Shown here piece by piece: positions 16,071 through 25,892 of a stretch of DNA of 64,000 nucleotides. Within the stretch, counting starts at the first letter, position 1; every line of letters starts with the position of its first letter. Where the stretch lies: assembly GCA_051418015.1 (NCBI GenBank), contig JBPRGF010000017.1:160001-224000 (forward strand), read 5' to 3'. The notes below the pieces were generated by a model. That model did not search any database. It had not been told where the DNA came from and saw only the letters and a program-made list of their open reading frames with translations. A program made the translations under genes and the position numbers. This DNA is from Candidatus Nitrospinota bacterium M3_3B_026. Its GTDB lineage: Bacteria; Nitrospinota_A; UBA7883; JBPRGF01.

Positions 16071-17420
16071 TCACGGCTCGCCCGGTTCGGGGAACCGGAC
16101 GTCGAGCCACTGCTCGGAGACGTCCGCGGTGCCGCCCCTGTACGCGCCGGAGTAGGTGTCCATGTAAAACTGGCGCTCCTGCTGGTTCTTGATCTTCTCC
16201 GGCAGGATCATGTCCTCCTCGACCTCGCGCATCGATATCCCGGCTCCGACGCTCAGGACCGGCGAGAAGGTCTTGACCTTGCCGAAGAAGTTCGCGCCGT
16301 ATTTCGCCGTGTCGAAATCCGGCACGCGCATGAACACCTTGGTGTTGGTGTTGTCCAGGATGACGTTGCCGTAATCGCGGCCCAGCGCGCCGTAGAGCTG
16401 GGAGACCGACTGGCAGAACCCGTGAAGCCACACGCCGAGTCCCCCGGCCTTGGCGAACAGGTCGTCGATCCCGTGATAGAGGAAATTCTGCGTCTCGTCC
16501 ATGTAGAGGGCGAGCGGCGGGTCGATCCTGCGGCCGGCCGCGCCGATACGCCCGGCGAGGCTCTGGATCATGGAGACGACGACCCGGCCCACGGTGAACG
16601 CGGCCTTCCTGGTGAGCATACTGCCGAGCTGGACCACCATGATGACCCGCTCGCCGCGTTCGAGCCTGTTTATGAACCTGTTCTCGTCGGCCTTGCCGAT
16701 GATTTTTCCAATATTGCCCGATGTGAGCTCCATGAGAGCGACCCGGAGGGACGAGGATATCTTGCCGTAGTAGTCCTGGGGCGATTCCACGATTTTTTTC
16801 ATGTCCTGGGCGAGCTGCCGGGCGTCATCGGAGTCGATCGCCTCGATCTCGGTCATGAGCTTGCCCAGCTCGTCCCTGCTCATCAGGTTCTTGACGTCGT
16901 TGAGGTTGAAGGCCGGCGGGCGGCCCTCCCATTCGGCCAGCATGATCAGGCCCTGTACTATCACCAGGCTGATCTCGTAGGCGACGTTGGCGAAGAATTT
17001 ATCCTTGCTGTCCGGGACGCCGGAGACGATGTGCCCCACCAGCTCCTCCGGCATGTAGTAGTGCGACAGCGGGTCGAGGATCGCGGAGACGCCGGGGAAG
17101 ATCGGCGACACGAAGATCAGCTCGTCCTGGCGTCCCTCCTCGAAGGCGACCTGGACGATCTTGCAGAACAGCTCTATCCCTTCCGGCCCGACCTTCGGGT
17201 CGATGGCGACGACGGAGCGGCCCTTGCGGATGTCCTGCTCAATGAGGTTCTCCATCAGCTTGCTCTTGCCCGCGCGCGTCGTGCCGAAACACCAGAAATG
17301 CCCCTTGCGGTGGCCGTCGGGGATCGTTATCGGCCTCGGCCGCGCGCCGGGCAGATCGAGCCGTACACCTTCGCCGACTACGGAGAAATCCTCTTTGTTT
17401 TTCAGCCAGCCTAACGCCAT
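16071..17420 (-). CDS. Type IV coupling protein (TraD/VirD4-like)
   Basis: HFWCFGTTRAGKS, IDPK, YMDE, QSVSQL, ILDNTNTKVFMRV.D.DTA. Confidence 0.85.
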   Translation of the reverse strand: MALGWLKNKEDFSVVGEGVRLDLPGARPRPITIPDGHRKGHFWCFGTTRAGKSKLMENLIEQDIRKGRSVVAIDPKVGPEGIELFCKIVQVAFEEGRQDELIFVSPIFPGVSAILDPLSHYYMPEELVGHIVSGVPDSKDKFFANVAYEISLVIVQGLIMLAEWEGRPPAFNLNDVKNLMSRDELGKLMTEIEAIDSDDARQLAQDMKKIVESPQDYYGKISSSLRVALMELTSGNIGKIIGKADENRFINRLERGERVIMVVQLGSMLTRKAAFTVGRVVVSMIQSLAGRIGAAGRRIDPPLALYMDETQNFLYHGIDDLFAKAGGLGVWLHGFCQSVSQLYGALGRDYGNVILDNTNTKVFMRVPDFDTAKYGANFFGKVKTFSPVLSVGAGISMREVEEDMILPEKIKNQQERQFYMDTYSGAYRGGTADVSEQWLDVRFPEPGEP

Positions 17421-18124
17421 TTCACCTTGATCCTTTCACCTCCAAGCTCTTCACAAACCCGCCGGATCGCCTCCCTTGGCAGAGGTTTTTGAGACTCGAC
17501 GAAACTTATCCCGCCCGCGATCCTGCGGACACATTCGACCTTCATTCCCGTCTCCTTCCCGAACAGCAGCTCGACAATTCTCTTCGTCGTCCTGGCGAGA
17601 ACCATCTCCAGCCGTGGCGGCTCCCCACCCCCGCCGCGCGTCCGGACCGCCATCGCGTGGAACCACGCCTTCGACCCCGCGTGGAGTTTTCCCCGCTCCC
17701 TGGGAGGAAGGCGCCTTGCCGGACATACGCCGTGGATATCTCCTTCCATCCCCTCGATGGCCACGGCCAGGCCGCCATCGGCGAAGGTCTTTATAATTTC
17801 TCCGCGGACCAGCGTCCCCGCGTACCGGCGGTACGGTTCGCGCCGCCCGGAGGCGGCCAGCGCGGCGAGACGCCGTTCGGCGGCCCTGGCTGCGGCCCTG
17901 GCCAGCCCCGCGCCCGTACGCTCGATTCGGACAGCCGCCACGATCCCGTCCTTCGTCTCCGGAAACGCGAAAAACTCCATCCCTTCGCCGTTGAGCCACG
18001 CCTCCACGTCGAGCCCCAGCCTCGCCGACAGGACGGAGGAGACCGCCCGTTCGATCTCCTCCATCACCGCGCTCTCCGGCAGGCCGTGCATGGCGGCCAG
18101 ACGGGCCGCGGGAAGCCGGATCAT
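17411..18124 (-). CDS. NusA-like protein (NTD-S1-partial KH)
   Basis: GLPESAVMEEIERAV (NTD); YAGTLVRGEI...PPRER...VLARTTKRIVELLF (S1); RIAG...VCEELGGERIKV (KH1-like). Confidence 0.65.
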   Translation of the reverse strand: MIRLPAARLAAMHGLPESAVMEEIERAVSSVLSARLGLDVEAWLNGEGMEFFAFPETKDGIVAAVRIERTGAGLARAAARAAERRLAALAASGRREPYRRYAGTLVRGEIIKTFADGGLAVAIEGMEGDIHGVCPARRLPPRERGKLHAGSKAWFHAMAVRTRGGGGEPPRLEMVLARTTKRIVELLFGKETGMKVECVRRIAGGISFVESQKPLPREAIRRVCEELGGERIKVKWR

Positions 18125-18136
18125 GGCCGCCGCCCG

Positions 18137-18565
18137 TCACGGACGCGCCCCGTCCATCGCCCGCCACGCTTCGTAGACCTTCCATGCGTAGCGCGCCGCC
18201 CGGTCCGGCCGGGGGGAGTGGTAGCAGCCGACGGCGGACCAGGTGTAGCCGAGCCGGACGACGCACTCCGAGAGAACCCAGGCCCCGGCCATGACGTTCG
18301 CGCAGGGGCCTGGCGCTTCTGAAAAATCGGGCAGGCGGCGCTCCCACCAGGAGTTGACCTGCATCAGGCCCCGGTCGACGGAGCCGTCCGCGTTCCGGTT
18401 GGACGCCTCCGGGTCGAACCGGGACTCGACCCAGGCTATCGCCCGGAGAAGATCAGGGGAGACGCCGTACCGCGCCCCCGCGTCCTCGAAACAGAACGCC
18501 CACGCACTAGGCGCGGCGAGAAGAAGAAACAGAACGGCCGCTTTGAGACCGGCGCGGAACGTCAC
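18137..18565 (-). CDS. Lytic transglycosylase (VirB1-like)
   Basis: Signal peptide; AIAWVES, GLMQVN, AVGCYHS. Confidence 0.9.
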   Translation of the reverse strand: MTFRAGLKAAVLFLLLAAPSAWAFCFEDAGARYGVSPDLLRAIAWVESRFDPEASNRNADGSVDRGLMQVNSWWERRLPDFSEAPGPCANVMAGAWVLSECVVRLGYTWSAVGCYHSPRPDRAARYAWKVYEAWRAMDGARP

Positions 18566-18990
18566 TGACCGTCCTCCACGGGAGCTTCGGCGGCTTCCGG
18601 CTCGGGTTCGGAATCGGACGGGATGTTCTCGTCATCGTCCGGCTCGGGCTGGGGCGTCTGGGCCCCGGCGCCCCGCGGCAGGAACTTCACCCGGTTGGCC
18701 ACGATCTCGATCTTCTTTCCGGTCTTCCCCTCGAACTCCCATTCGCGCTCGCGCAGCCGCCCTTCCACCAGCACAGGCGCGCCCTTGGCCAGGTATTCCC
18801 TGCACGGCTGGGCCTGGGCGCCGAAGACCACGGCGTTGATGAAAAGCGTCTCGGAGGTTTTTTCCCCGTCCGTGGTTTTGAACCCCGAGTCAACCGCCAC
18901 GGGCAGGCGCGTCACGGGGATACCCGAGCTGCTCTCCCAGAACTCGGGGTCTCTCGTCAGGTTCCCGGCGATGATTACACGGTTGTACAT
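18562..18990 (-). CDS. ssb: Single-stranded DNA-binding protein (element-borne)
   Basis: NRVIIAGNLTRDPE, YLAKGAPVLVEGRL, acidic tail. Confidence 0.9.
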   Translation of the reverse strand: MYNRVIIAGNLTRDPEFWESSSGIPVTRLPVAVDSGFKTTDGEKTSETLFINAVVFGAQAQPCREYLAKGAPVLVEGRLREREWEFEGKTGKKIEIVANRVKFLPRGAGAQTPQPEPDDDENIPSDSEPEPEAAEAPVEDGQ

Positions 18991-19011
18991 GCTTCGTTCC
19001 TCCTCGTTTGG

Positions 19012-21675
19012 TTAGTAGCAGTTGACGCCCGCCTGGGCGGTGTCCGAAGTCTGGTAGTTGCCGTCCACGTCCACGGGGGGCGATCCCAGGCCGTCTATCA
19101 GCGACGCAAGCTCGCCGCAGGAGATAGAGTTCTTGTTCCCCTTAACCGGCAAATGCGATGGGGACATCGAAAGCAGGGCGTTCCAGTTCGAGATGACCGC
19201 CCCGTCCCTGTTCGCCCAGTTGAGGCCCAGGACACTCATGTTCGTCAGGCTGGAAAGCGGCGCCAGGTCCGTAACCAGGGTTTGGTAAAGAGTCAGGGAC
19301 CGAAGGCTTGTCAGCCCCGAGATCGGCGAGAGGTTGGATACGTTCGAGCCCCCTACGTCCAACACCCTCAGGCTGGTCAGGCCCGATACCGGCGTCAGGT
19401 CGGACACGTCGGTTGTATAGAGGCTCAGTCCGATGAGGTTCGTCAACCCCGCGACGGGCGATATGTCCGTCAGGTTGTACGCTCCGTAGAAACTCAACTC
19501 CGTCAGCCCGGTGAGCCCGGCGACGGGGCTTATATCGGTGATGTTATGGTTGCCGGAGAAGTCGAGGTAATTGAGGTTTCCCAGCGCGGCGACGGGGCCG
19601 ATGTCTGAGATGTTATTGTGGCCCGCCGCGATATAGGTCAGGTTCGTCAGCCCCGCAAGGGGAGAAATGTCCGTCACGTAGTTGTAAGCGAAGTGGATCG
19701 CTTCCAGGTTGGCAAGCCCCGACAGCGGCGAGAGGTCCGAGACGTTGTTGAAATCAAGCCACAGCGACCTAAGGTTGGAAAGGGCGGCGAGCGGCGAGAG
19801 GTCCGAGACGTTGTTGCGGCTCAAGACCAGGGAGGAGAGTATGGGGAGGCCGCCCAGGGGGCCTATATCGTCGATGTAGTTGCCGTGCAGGCGAAGGGAT
19901 TTGAGCCTGTCCAGCCCCGCCAGCGGCGATATGTCTGAGATGGAGTTCGAGTCGAGAAACAGCGACTCCATGTTCGTAAGGTTCACCAGCGGGTAGAGGT
20001 TGGAGACGTTGTTGTTCCGCAGGTCCAACATTCCCAGGCTAGTGACCCCGGAAAGCGGCGTCAGGTTCGACACGCTGTTGTATTTCAGGCGGAGCGTCTC
20101 CAGGTTCTTCAGGCCGGACAGCGGCGCCAGATCCGAGATGGAGTTCTCGTCGAGATCGGCCGTCACCAGGTTGACCAGATGCTCCATGCCACCCAGCCCG
20201 TTGACGTTCTCCGCCACGCAGGGGAGACCCGTGACCTCGCTTGCCACGGATTTGCCAAGAGCGTCCACGCACGCCTGAAGATTCGCGTCGCCGAAAAGAC
20301 CTCCAAGCGTGGTGCAATGATCCCCCACGCCGTCTGAGTCAACGTCTTCCTGGTCCGGGTTGGCGATGGAGGCGCAGTTGTCGTCGCAGCTCGAGGTCGA
20401 GCCTCCCGAACAGACCGAGCCGTACCCGTCATCGGGTATTCCATCCCCGTCGGAGTCAGGCTCGCAGGCGTCCCCCACGCCGTCCCCGTCGGCGTCCTCC
20501 TGCCCGGGGTTGGCCACGCCGGGGCAGTTATCCGAATCGTCGGCGTCGCCGTCGCCGTCCCTGTCCCCGTCGCACACGTCGCCGATACCGTCCCCATCCT
20601 GATCGGCCTGGTCGAGGTTGGAGACCAGGGAACAGTTATCAGTCCCGTCTGGTATCCCGTCCCCGTCGTCGTCGGAGTCGCAGGCATCGCCGGCCCCGTC
20701 GCCGTCGGTGTCGGTCTGTGAAGCGTTGGCGACGGTGGGGCAGTTATCCAAAATGTTGTCCACGCCGTCGCCATCCGTATCGGAGTCGCAGGCGTCGCCC
20801 AGTCCGTCTCCGTCGGAATCGGCCTGGTCCGGGTTGGAGACCGAGGGGCAGTTGTCCGCCCCGTTGTCGTAGCCGTCCCCGTCGGGGTCGGAATCGCAGG
20901 CGTCGCCGATACCGTCTCCGTCGGAATCCTTCTGATCGGGGTTCGCCTCCGTAGGGCAGTTATCGTTGTCGTCCGGCACGCCGTCCCCATCCTTGTCCCC
21001 ATCGCAGGCGTCGCCCACGCCGTCGCCGTTGTAGTCGGCCTGGTCAAGGTTGGAGACGTAGACGCAGTTGTCCACGTTGTCCGGCACGCCGTCGCGGTCA
21101 TGATCGACAAGACCGTCGCAGGCGTCGCCGATCCCGTCCTGGTCGGAATCCTTCTGATCGGGATTCCGCGTCCAGCGGCAGTTGTCGGCGTCGTCGGGTA
21201 TCCCATCGTTGTCATGATCGACGTCGCAGGCGTTCCCCACGCCGTCCTTGTCGGAGTCGCGCTGGTCAGGGTTGTGAGCGCCCGGGCAGTTGTCGGCGTC
21301 ATCTGAAAAACCGTCGCCGTCGGTGTCCCGCCCGGAGCCGCCTCCGCCGCCGGATCCCGAACCATCCCCGGACGACGAGCTTCCCGCCTGGTCGGGGTCG
21401 CAGGCGTCGCCGATACCGTCCTGGTCGATGTCGATCTGGTCGCGGTTGGGGACGTAGACGCAGTTGTCGGCGTCGTTCGGAACGCCGTCCCCGTCCGAAT
21501 CTGTCATCGAGTCGCAGGCGTCCCCCAGCCCGTCGTCGTCGCCGTCCTTCTGGTCGGAGTTCTGGACGAACCTGCAGTTGTCCTTGTCGTCCGGGACGCC
21601 GTCCCCGTCGGTGTCGACACCCGCGCAGGCGGCAAAAGTGATTATCATGAAAAATATCGCGGCGGCTCGGAACAT
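19012..21675 (-). CDS. Surface lipoprotein with thrombospondin type-3 repeats and internalin-like LRRs
   Basis: Lipobox FAAC (Cys17); 11 DNC..N.DQ.D.D.DG.GDAC units; about 14-15 LRRs of 22-23 aa. Confidence 0.88.
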   Translation of the reverse strand: MFRAAAIFFMIITFAACAGVDTDGDGVPDDKDNCRFVQNSDQKDGDDDGLGDACDSMTDSDGDGVPNDADNCVYVPNRDQIDIDQDGIGDACDPDQAGSSSSGDGSGSGGGGGSGRDTDGDGFSDDADNCPGAHNPDQRDSDKDGVGNACDVDHDNDGIPDDADNCRWTRNPDQKDSDQDGIGDACDGLVDHDRDGVPDNVDNCVYVSNLDQADYNGDGVGDACDGDKDGDGVPDDNDNCPTEANPDQKDSDGDGIGDACDSDPDGDGYDNGADNCPSVSNPDQADSDGDGLGDACDSDTDGDGVDNILDNCPTVANASQTDTDGDGAGDACDSDDDGDGIPDGTDNCSLVSNLDQADQDGDGIGDVCDGDRDGDGDADDSDNCPGVANPGQEDADGDGVGDACEPDSDGDGIPDDGYGSVCSGGSTSSCDDNCASIANPDQEDVDSDGVGDHCTTLGGLFGDANLQACVDALGKSVASEVTGLPCVAENVNGLGGMEHLVNLVTADLDENSISDLAPLSGLKNLETLRLKYNSVSNLTPLSGVTSLGMLDLRNNNVSNLYPLVNLTNMESLFLDSNSISDISPLAGLDRLKSLRLHGNYIDDIGPLGGLPILSSLVLSRNNVSDLSPLAALSNLRSLWLDFNNVSDLSPLSGLANLEAIHFAYNYVTDISPLAGLTNLTYIAAGHNNISDIGPVAALGNLNYLDFSGNHNITDISPVAGLTGLTELSFYGAYNLTDISPVAGLTNLIGLSLYTTDVSDLTPVSGLTSLRVLDVGGSNVSNLSPISGLTSLRSLTLYQTLVTDLAPLSSLTNMSVLGLNWANRDGAVISNWNALLSMSPSHLPVKGNKNSISCGELASLIDGLGSPPVDVDGNYQTSDTAQAGVNCY
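20310..21620 (-). repeat. Coding tandem repeats (TSP3 calcium-binding units)
   Basis: Recurrent tcgcaggcgtcgcc / cagttgtc DNA motifs with in-frame periodicity. Confidence 0.85.
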
Positions 21676-21883
21676 GGGCTTACCTCCAATTCAAAAAAAC
21701 CTCTCGTTATATAAGAGTGGGAGGGGTAAAGACCCGAGAGCCTCAAAATGGCCGTAACCGCCTGATATACAAGAAATAAAAAAAATCAGAAAAATTTTCT
21801 TTACTTTCAGTGATTGTTTTGATAACAGAGAGGGTACGTAGCGCAAATGTCCTGAAGCATGGATTTCCCGGGGGTTTAACGGG

Positions 21884-23116
21884 GTGAACGTCAGGGTCTA
21901 CACGAAGGAAAAATGCCCCCTCTGCGCCTCCCCCCTACGCCCCGCCGACGATTTCCGCTGCCAGAAACATCCAAAAGTGAAAGCCGCCGCCTGCTACATA
22001 CAGGTCACCGGGGTCCCGGGTCTTCCTAAACGCCGTTTACGAATATACAGCGACAGGGCGGGGATACCGTTATACCTGAAGACGGCCGCGCCTCTGGCCG
22101 AGAGCATACAGAAGGACATCCTCACCGGCGTGTTCGACCCACATGTCTGGTCTCCATCGGTGAAAAAGCGCCTGAAGTGGCGCAACTACGCGGGTCATTA
22201 TCTGGCGCGCATGGAGGCCCGCACAAAGCTGCCGATCAACTCCGATGAAAGGCTGTCCATAACAGGGTACCGCGAGCTGGAGCAGTACCAGCGCCTCTAC
22301 CTCATCCCCGCGTTCGGGGAAGAATATCTCGATGGGCTCACGGCAAGCTCCATCAGAAACTTCGTCACCCAGTTGAAAGATACGGGGGGCGGATACGCAT
22401 CCTCCACCATCCGCAGGAAAGCAGTGGATGGGATTCGTCACATGCTCAACTTCGCAAAAAGCGAAGGGGATATAGCGATTGTCCCGGAAATGCCGGGGGT
22501 GAAAAGCGGGTCGCGTACCATCACGACCCTGACTCCGGACCAGCAGGCGGAGATTCTGCGTCATATTCAACCTCAACGGCGGCCGATCTACGAGTGGCTG
22601 GCGGCCACTGGAAGGCGGGTCAACGAGGCCCGGGCGCTGAAGGTGAAGGACATCGATTTCAGCCGTGGAGAGTATCGGGTGGCGGGAGCTTTCGACAGGG
22701 ACGTCTACAAGCCTTACCCGAAAGCGCGCCGATACGCTGGCGCGGCGTTGCCTCTTGATGAAAAGACGACCGATATCATCAAGCGGGCGCTCAAAGGAAG
22801 GGTCTACGGCCCTGACTGCTTCGTGTTCGCCGACCGCAGAACCGGCGACGCTTTTACTCACTCACAGGTGGAAGGACCTTTCAAGACCGCGCGGCGCAAG
22901 GCCGGGTATACCATTTCATTAAACGAGTTCGGCCGACACTCCTGGGCGACGCAGAGGCTGTCCGAGGGCTGGACGTTCGATCACGTGGCGACGTTCCTGC
23001 TGAACACCGCGAGCGTCGTGGAGAACAGATACGCAAACGTCACGACGGCCGTCCGCCGTTCGATCATCGACCTGCACTCCGCCAGGGGCAGACGAAGGAA
23101 GAGGAAAATCAAATGA
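21884..23116 (+). CDS. Tyrosine recombinase/integrase of the island
   Basis: TGRRVNEARALK, GRHSWAT, C-terminal ENRY; adjacent to the att site. Confidence 0.85.
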   Translation: MNVRVYTKEKCPLCASPLRPADDFRCQKHPKVKAAACYIQVTGVPGLPKRRLRIYSDRAGIPLYLKTAAPLAESIQKDILTGVFDPHVWSPSVKKRLKWRNYAGHYLARMEARTKLPINSDERLSITGYRELEQYQRLYLIPAFGEEYLDGLTASSIRNFVTQLKDTGGGYASSTIRRKAVDGIRHMLNFAKSEGDIAIVPEMPGVKSGSRTITTLTPDQQAEILRHIQPQRRPIYEWLAATGRRVNEARALKVKDIDFSRGEYRVAGAFDRDVYKPYPKARRYAGAALPLDEKTTDIIKRALKGRVYGPDCFVFADRRTGDAFTHSQVEGPFKTARRKAGYTISLNEFGRHSWATQRLSEGWTFDHVATFLLNTASVVENRYANVTTAVRRSIIDLHSARGRRRKRKIK

Positions 23117-23201
23117 GGATACCGCCCAGGCCCCCCCGGCGTGCCCCCGGAGCAGATATCGAGGGTTCCAACACATTGTATCTAAAGCGTATATATAACC
23201 T

Positions 23202-23234
23202 GATGAAGGGTTCGACTCCCTTCATCTTCCGCCA
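23202..23234 (+). other. att site: 3' fragment of tRNA-Sec (selC)-like sequence
   Basis: AAGGG-TTCGACT-CCCTT T-arm followed by CATCTTCC-GCCA (8-bp acceptor strand typical of tRNA-Sec); no 5' half upstream. Confidence 0.75.
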
Positions 23235-23368
23235 TTTCCCGAAGCGCCCCGCCAATAAAATCAACGGAGTCACTTCCAGCGAAGGGAAGCGAAAAACACG
23301 CTCCCGGGCATGTTTTCCTCGCCGATAAACACAACACTCCGGATGAACCTGATCTATACAGTCGAGTC

Positions 23369-25705
23369 TCACCCCCCAAGAATAACCACCGTCACGCCGT
23401 CCCCGCCTTCACGCTGATCCGCGGGGTAAAACTCAGCCACATAGGGCGAACCCGACAGATACTCCCTGACCGCCGCCCTCAGCGCTCCTGCCCCTTTTCC
23501 GTGTATGATCCGCGCCCGCTCCATCCCGGCTCTCATGGCCTCGTCAAGGAACTTTTCCACTCTCTCGACGGCCTCCTCGGCCCTGGCGCCGCGGATGTCG
23601 ATCCGGCCAGACGGTCTTTCACTCTCGGATAAGGCGACGGCGGCGATGCGCGCCGCCGTCTGTGGGGGTTTTTCCTCCGCCCTTTCCAGCCCTACGAGGT
23701 TGTCCAACTCGAGGGTGACGCGCATCGTTCCGAAAGCGACCTCCGCCCTCCCATCAGCCGGGTCGGCCGCCAACCTGCCGCGCCGTTCCAGGGGAACGAC
23801 GTATACCTCGTCTCCCTCCCTCAACTCGGTCCCGGATATCCGCTCCTCTGGCGCGGCGGCCTCTTTTGCCTCGGCATTCAGCCTGTCCAGCCTTTCCCTG
23901 GCGCGGCGGGCGGTCTTTTTCCTGTCCTCGGCGCTCTTGACCTCCTCCACCAGCTTCGATATCCGCTCCCTGGCCGCGGCGATGTCGGAAGAGAGTTTGC
24001 GTCTTGCGGTCCGGGCCAGCTCTCCCTTCTTCTCCGCCGCCTCGTCGCGTATCCTCTGAGCCTCCTCCCGCAGGCCGCGCGCCTCTTCCAGGGCGGCCTC
24101 GGCCTGCCGACGGGCACGCTCCATCTCCGTCCTCTGTCTGGCAAGGTCCTCCAGTATCATCTCGATCCGCTCGTCGCCTCCCTCCAGCCGGGTTCTGGCG
24201 GCAGCGACTATCTCAGCGTCCATCCCCAGCCTCTCCGCGACGGCGAGGGCCGAGCTTTCGCCCGGGGCGCCGCTTATCATCCTGTACGTCGGCATGGCCG
24301 CGGCCTTGTCGAACTCCATGGAGACGTTGTGATAAAGGGGCTGGGACTGGGCAAGGAGCTTAAGCTCGCTGAAATGGGTGGTGACGACGACATCGGCTCC
24401 TCTCTCCACCAGCCGGTCGAGAACCGCTATCGCCAGAGCGCTTCCCTCCCTGGGATCGGTGCTGACCATCAGCTCATCGAGCAGCGCAAGCGACCCCGGC
24501 CCGGCTTTTTCCAGTATCTCGTTTATCATAACCAGGTGGGCCGAAAAGGTGGAAAGGTCGTCGGCTATTGACTGGCTGTCGCCTATGTCGGCGTAAACTC
24601 CTGCGTAAAATGGCACGGCGGAGCCTTCCGCGGCGGGGATGAAAAGCCCCATTCGCGCCATGAGCGCCATTAGGCCTATGGTCTTCAAGGCCACTGTCTT
24701 GCCGCCGGTGTTCGGGCCCGATATCATGAGCCCCCGCGCGCCTTCGGGGATGGCCATGTCGTTGGCCACAGCTTCCTTGCCCTCAAGGGCCATGACGGGA
24801 CTCACTGCGTTTTTCAGGTCGAGCCGCAGGCCGAAGACGGGGCGGGAGCCGCCGATGTCTTTGGCCAGGCGGGCGCGGGAGGATATCAAGTCCAGCCGCG
24901 TCACGGCGTGATAGATATCCTCCACGGGGCCGGCCTCTTCCCCCACCATCCGCGAAAGGTCAAGCAGAAGCTTCTCGATCTCGTCGGCCAGCCTCATCTC
25001 CTGCGTCCTCAGGCGGTTGTTGAGATCCACGAGGGCCTTTGGCTCTATGAAAAAGGTCTGGCCTGAGTTCGACGAATCGTGGACGATGCCCTCCACGTGG
25101 GATTTGTGTTCGGCCTTTATGGGCAGGACGAAGCGATTCTCCCGGAGCGTCACGTACTCGTCCTGCAGCATGTCCTGAAAATTTTTGAGCATCGCCTCGG
25201 CCTTCTCGCGGATCAGGCGGTGTAGCGAGCGCGCGGCCCGGCTGAGCTTCTCGATTTGCGGTGTGGCGTCGGGCTTTACCGCTCCGTCCTCGTCTATCGC
25301 CTCGTCGATGACCTCGCCCAGGCCGTGCACGGAGGGGATGTCAGTCCAAAGGGGATGCCCTTCAGCCACCACCTCCGCCTCGAAGACCGCGCTGATCTTC
25401 TCCGCCGTCTTGAGCAGCGGGACGAAGAGCCTCAGCTCCTCGCCGGTGAGCGCATGGGCCTTGCGGGCTCGCTCAAGCAGGGGCAGAACGTTTTCGAACG
25501 GCTCGAAGCCGAAGTCGGGCCGTTTTTCCATCAGCGCGGTCATCGCCCCGGTCTCGTCCAGCGCCCGCTCGGCTTCGGCCCTGCTCACCGCGGGCGCGAG
25601 CTTTCCCACCAGCTCCTTTCCTCCGGCCGACGCGGCGCGGGCTTCGATGGCGGAGATAATCTCATCCAGCCCCAACGCGGCTTCGGGGGATTTAAACCTG
25701 GTCAT
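23369..25705 (-). CDS. mutS2: MutS2 family protein with Smr domain
   Basis: ISGPNTGGKT, DIGDSQSI..LSTFS, TTHFSELK, IIHGKGAGALR. Confidence 0.95.
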   Translation of the reverse strand: MTRFKSPEAALGLDEIISAIEARAASAGGKELVGKLAPAVSRAEAERALDETGAMTALMEKRPDFGFEPFENVLPLLERARKAHALTGEELRLFVPLLKTAEKISAVFEAEVVAEGHPLWTDIPSVHGLGEVIDEAIDEDGAVKPDATPQIEKLSRAARSLHRLIREKAEAMLKNFQDMLQDEYVTLRENRFVLPIKAEHKSHVEGIVHDSSNSGQTFFIEPKALVDLNNRLRTQEMRLADEIEKLLLDLSRMVGEEAGPVEDIYHAVTRLDLISSRARLAKDIGGSRPVFGLRLDLKNAVSPVMALEGKEAVANDMAIPEGARGLMISGPNTGGKTVALKTIGLMALMARMGLFIPAAEGSAVPFYAGVYADIGDSQSIADDLSTFSAHLVMINEILEKAGPGSLALLDELMVSTDPREGSALAIAVLDRLVERGADVVVTTHFSELKLLAQSQPLYHNVSMEFDKAAAMPTYRMISGAPGESSALAVAERLGMDAEIVAAARTRLEGGDERIEMILEDLARQRTEMERARRQAEAALEEARGLREEAQRIRDEAAEKKGELARTARRKLSSDIAAARERISKLVEEVKSAEDRKKTARRARERLDRLNAEAKEAAAPEERISGTELREGDEVYVVPLERRGRLAADPADGRAEVAFGTMRVTLELDNLVGLERAEEKPPQTAARIAAVALSESERPSGRIDIRGARAEEAVERVEKFLDEAMRAGMERARIIHGKGAGALRAAVREYLSGSPYVAEFYPADQREGGDGVTVVILGG

Positions 25706-25883
25706 CGCCGTCCGGGCCCTCCTCCTTCTCCTTCCTGGCTCTGGCCCGCGCCTCCATGCGCTTTGCGGTCATCTTTTTTTTGTACATGTTCTCCCCCCAC
25801 GTGTACCAGTTCGCCCACCGGGTAATCAAAGCCGCAACGACGGCCCCGAGGACAAGTATCAGCGGTATCAGGTATTTTTCCAT
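25692..25883 (-). CDS. Small membrane protein
   Basis: N-terminal TM helix and basic tail; fills the operon gap. Confidence 0.6.
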   Translation of the reverse strand: MEKYLIPLILVLGAVVAALITRWANWYTWGENMYKKKMTAKRMEARARARKEKEEGPDGDDQV

Positions 25884-25892
25884 GCGGCCGGT

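Larger units (their letters stand above)
1..23234. mobile_element. Integrative (conjugative or mobilisable) element / genomic island; left end outside the window
   Basis: Integrase + tRNA-derived att, coupling protein, relaxase-like protein, SLT, SSB and defence cargo; housekeeping genes resume right after the att. Confidence 0.8.

Noticed and set aside
14649..17414. 921-aa + strand ORF
   Set aside because: Antisense shadow of the relaxase and coupling-protein genes; no motifs; expected in GC-rich DNA.
19012..21675. Repeated DNA motifs as a possible CRISPR array or DGR repeat
   Set aside because: Repeats are degenerate, in frame and encode TSP3/LRR units; no cas or reverse transcriptase gene is visible.
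23140..23234. Complete tRNA-Sec gene
   Set aside because: No complementary 5' acceptor strand, D-arm or TCA anticodon arm upstream; only the 3' fragment is present.
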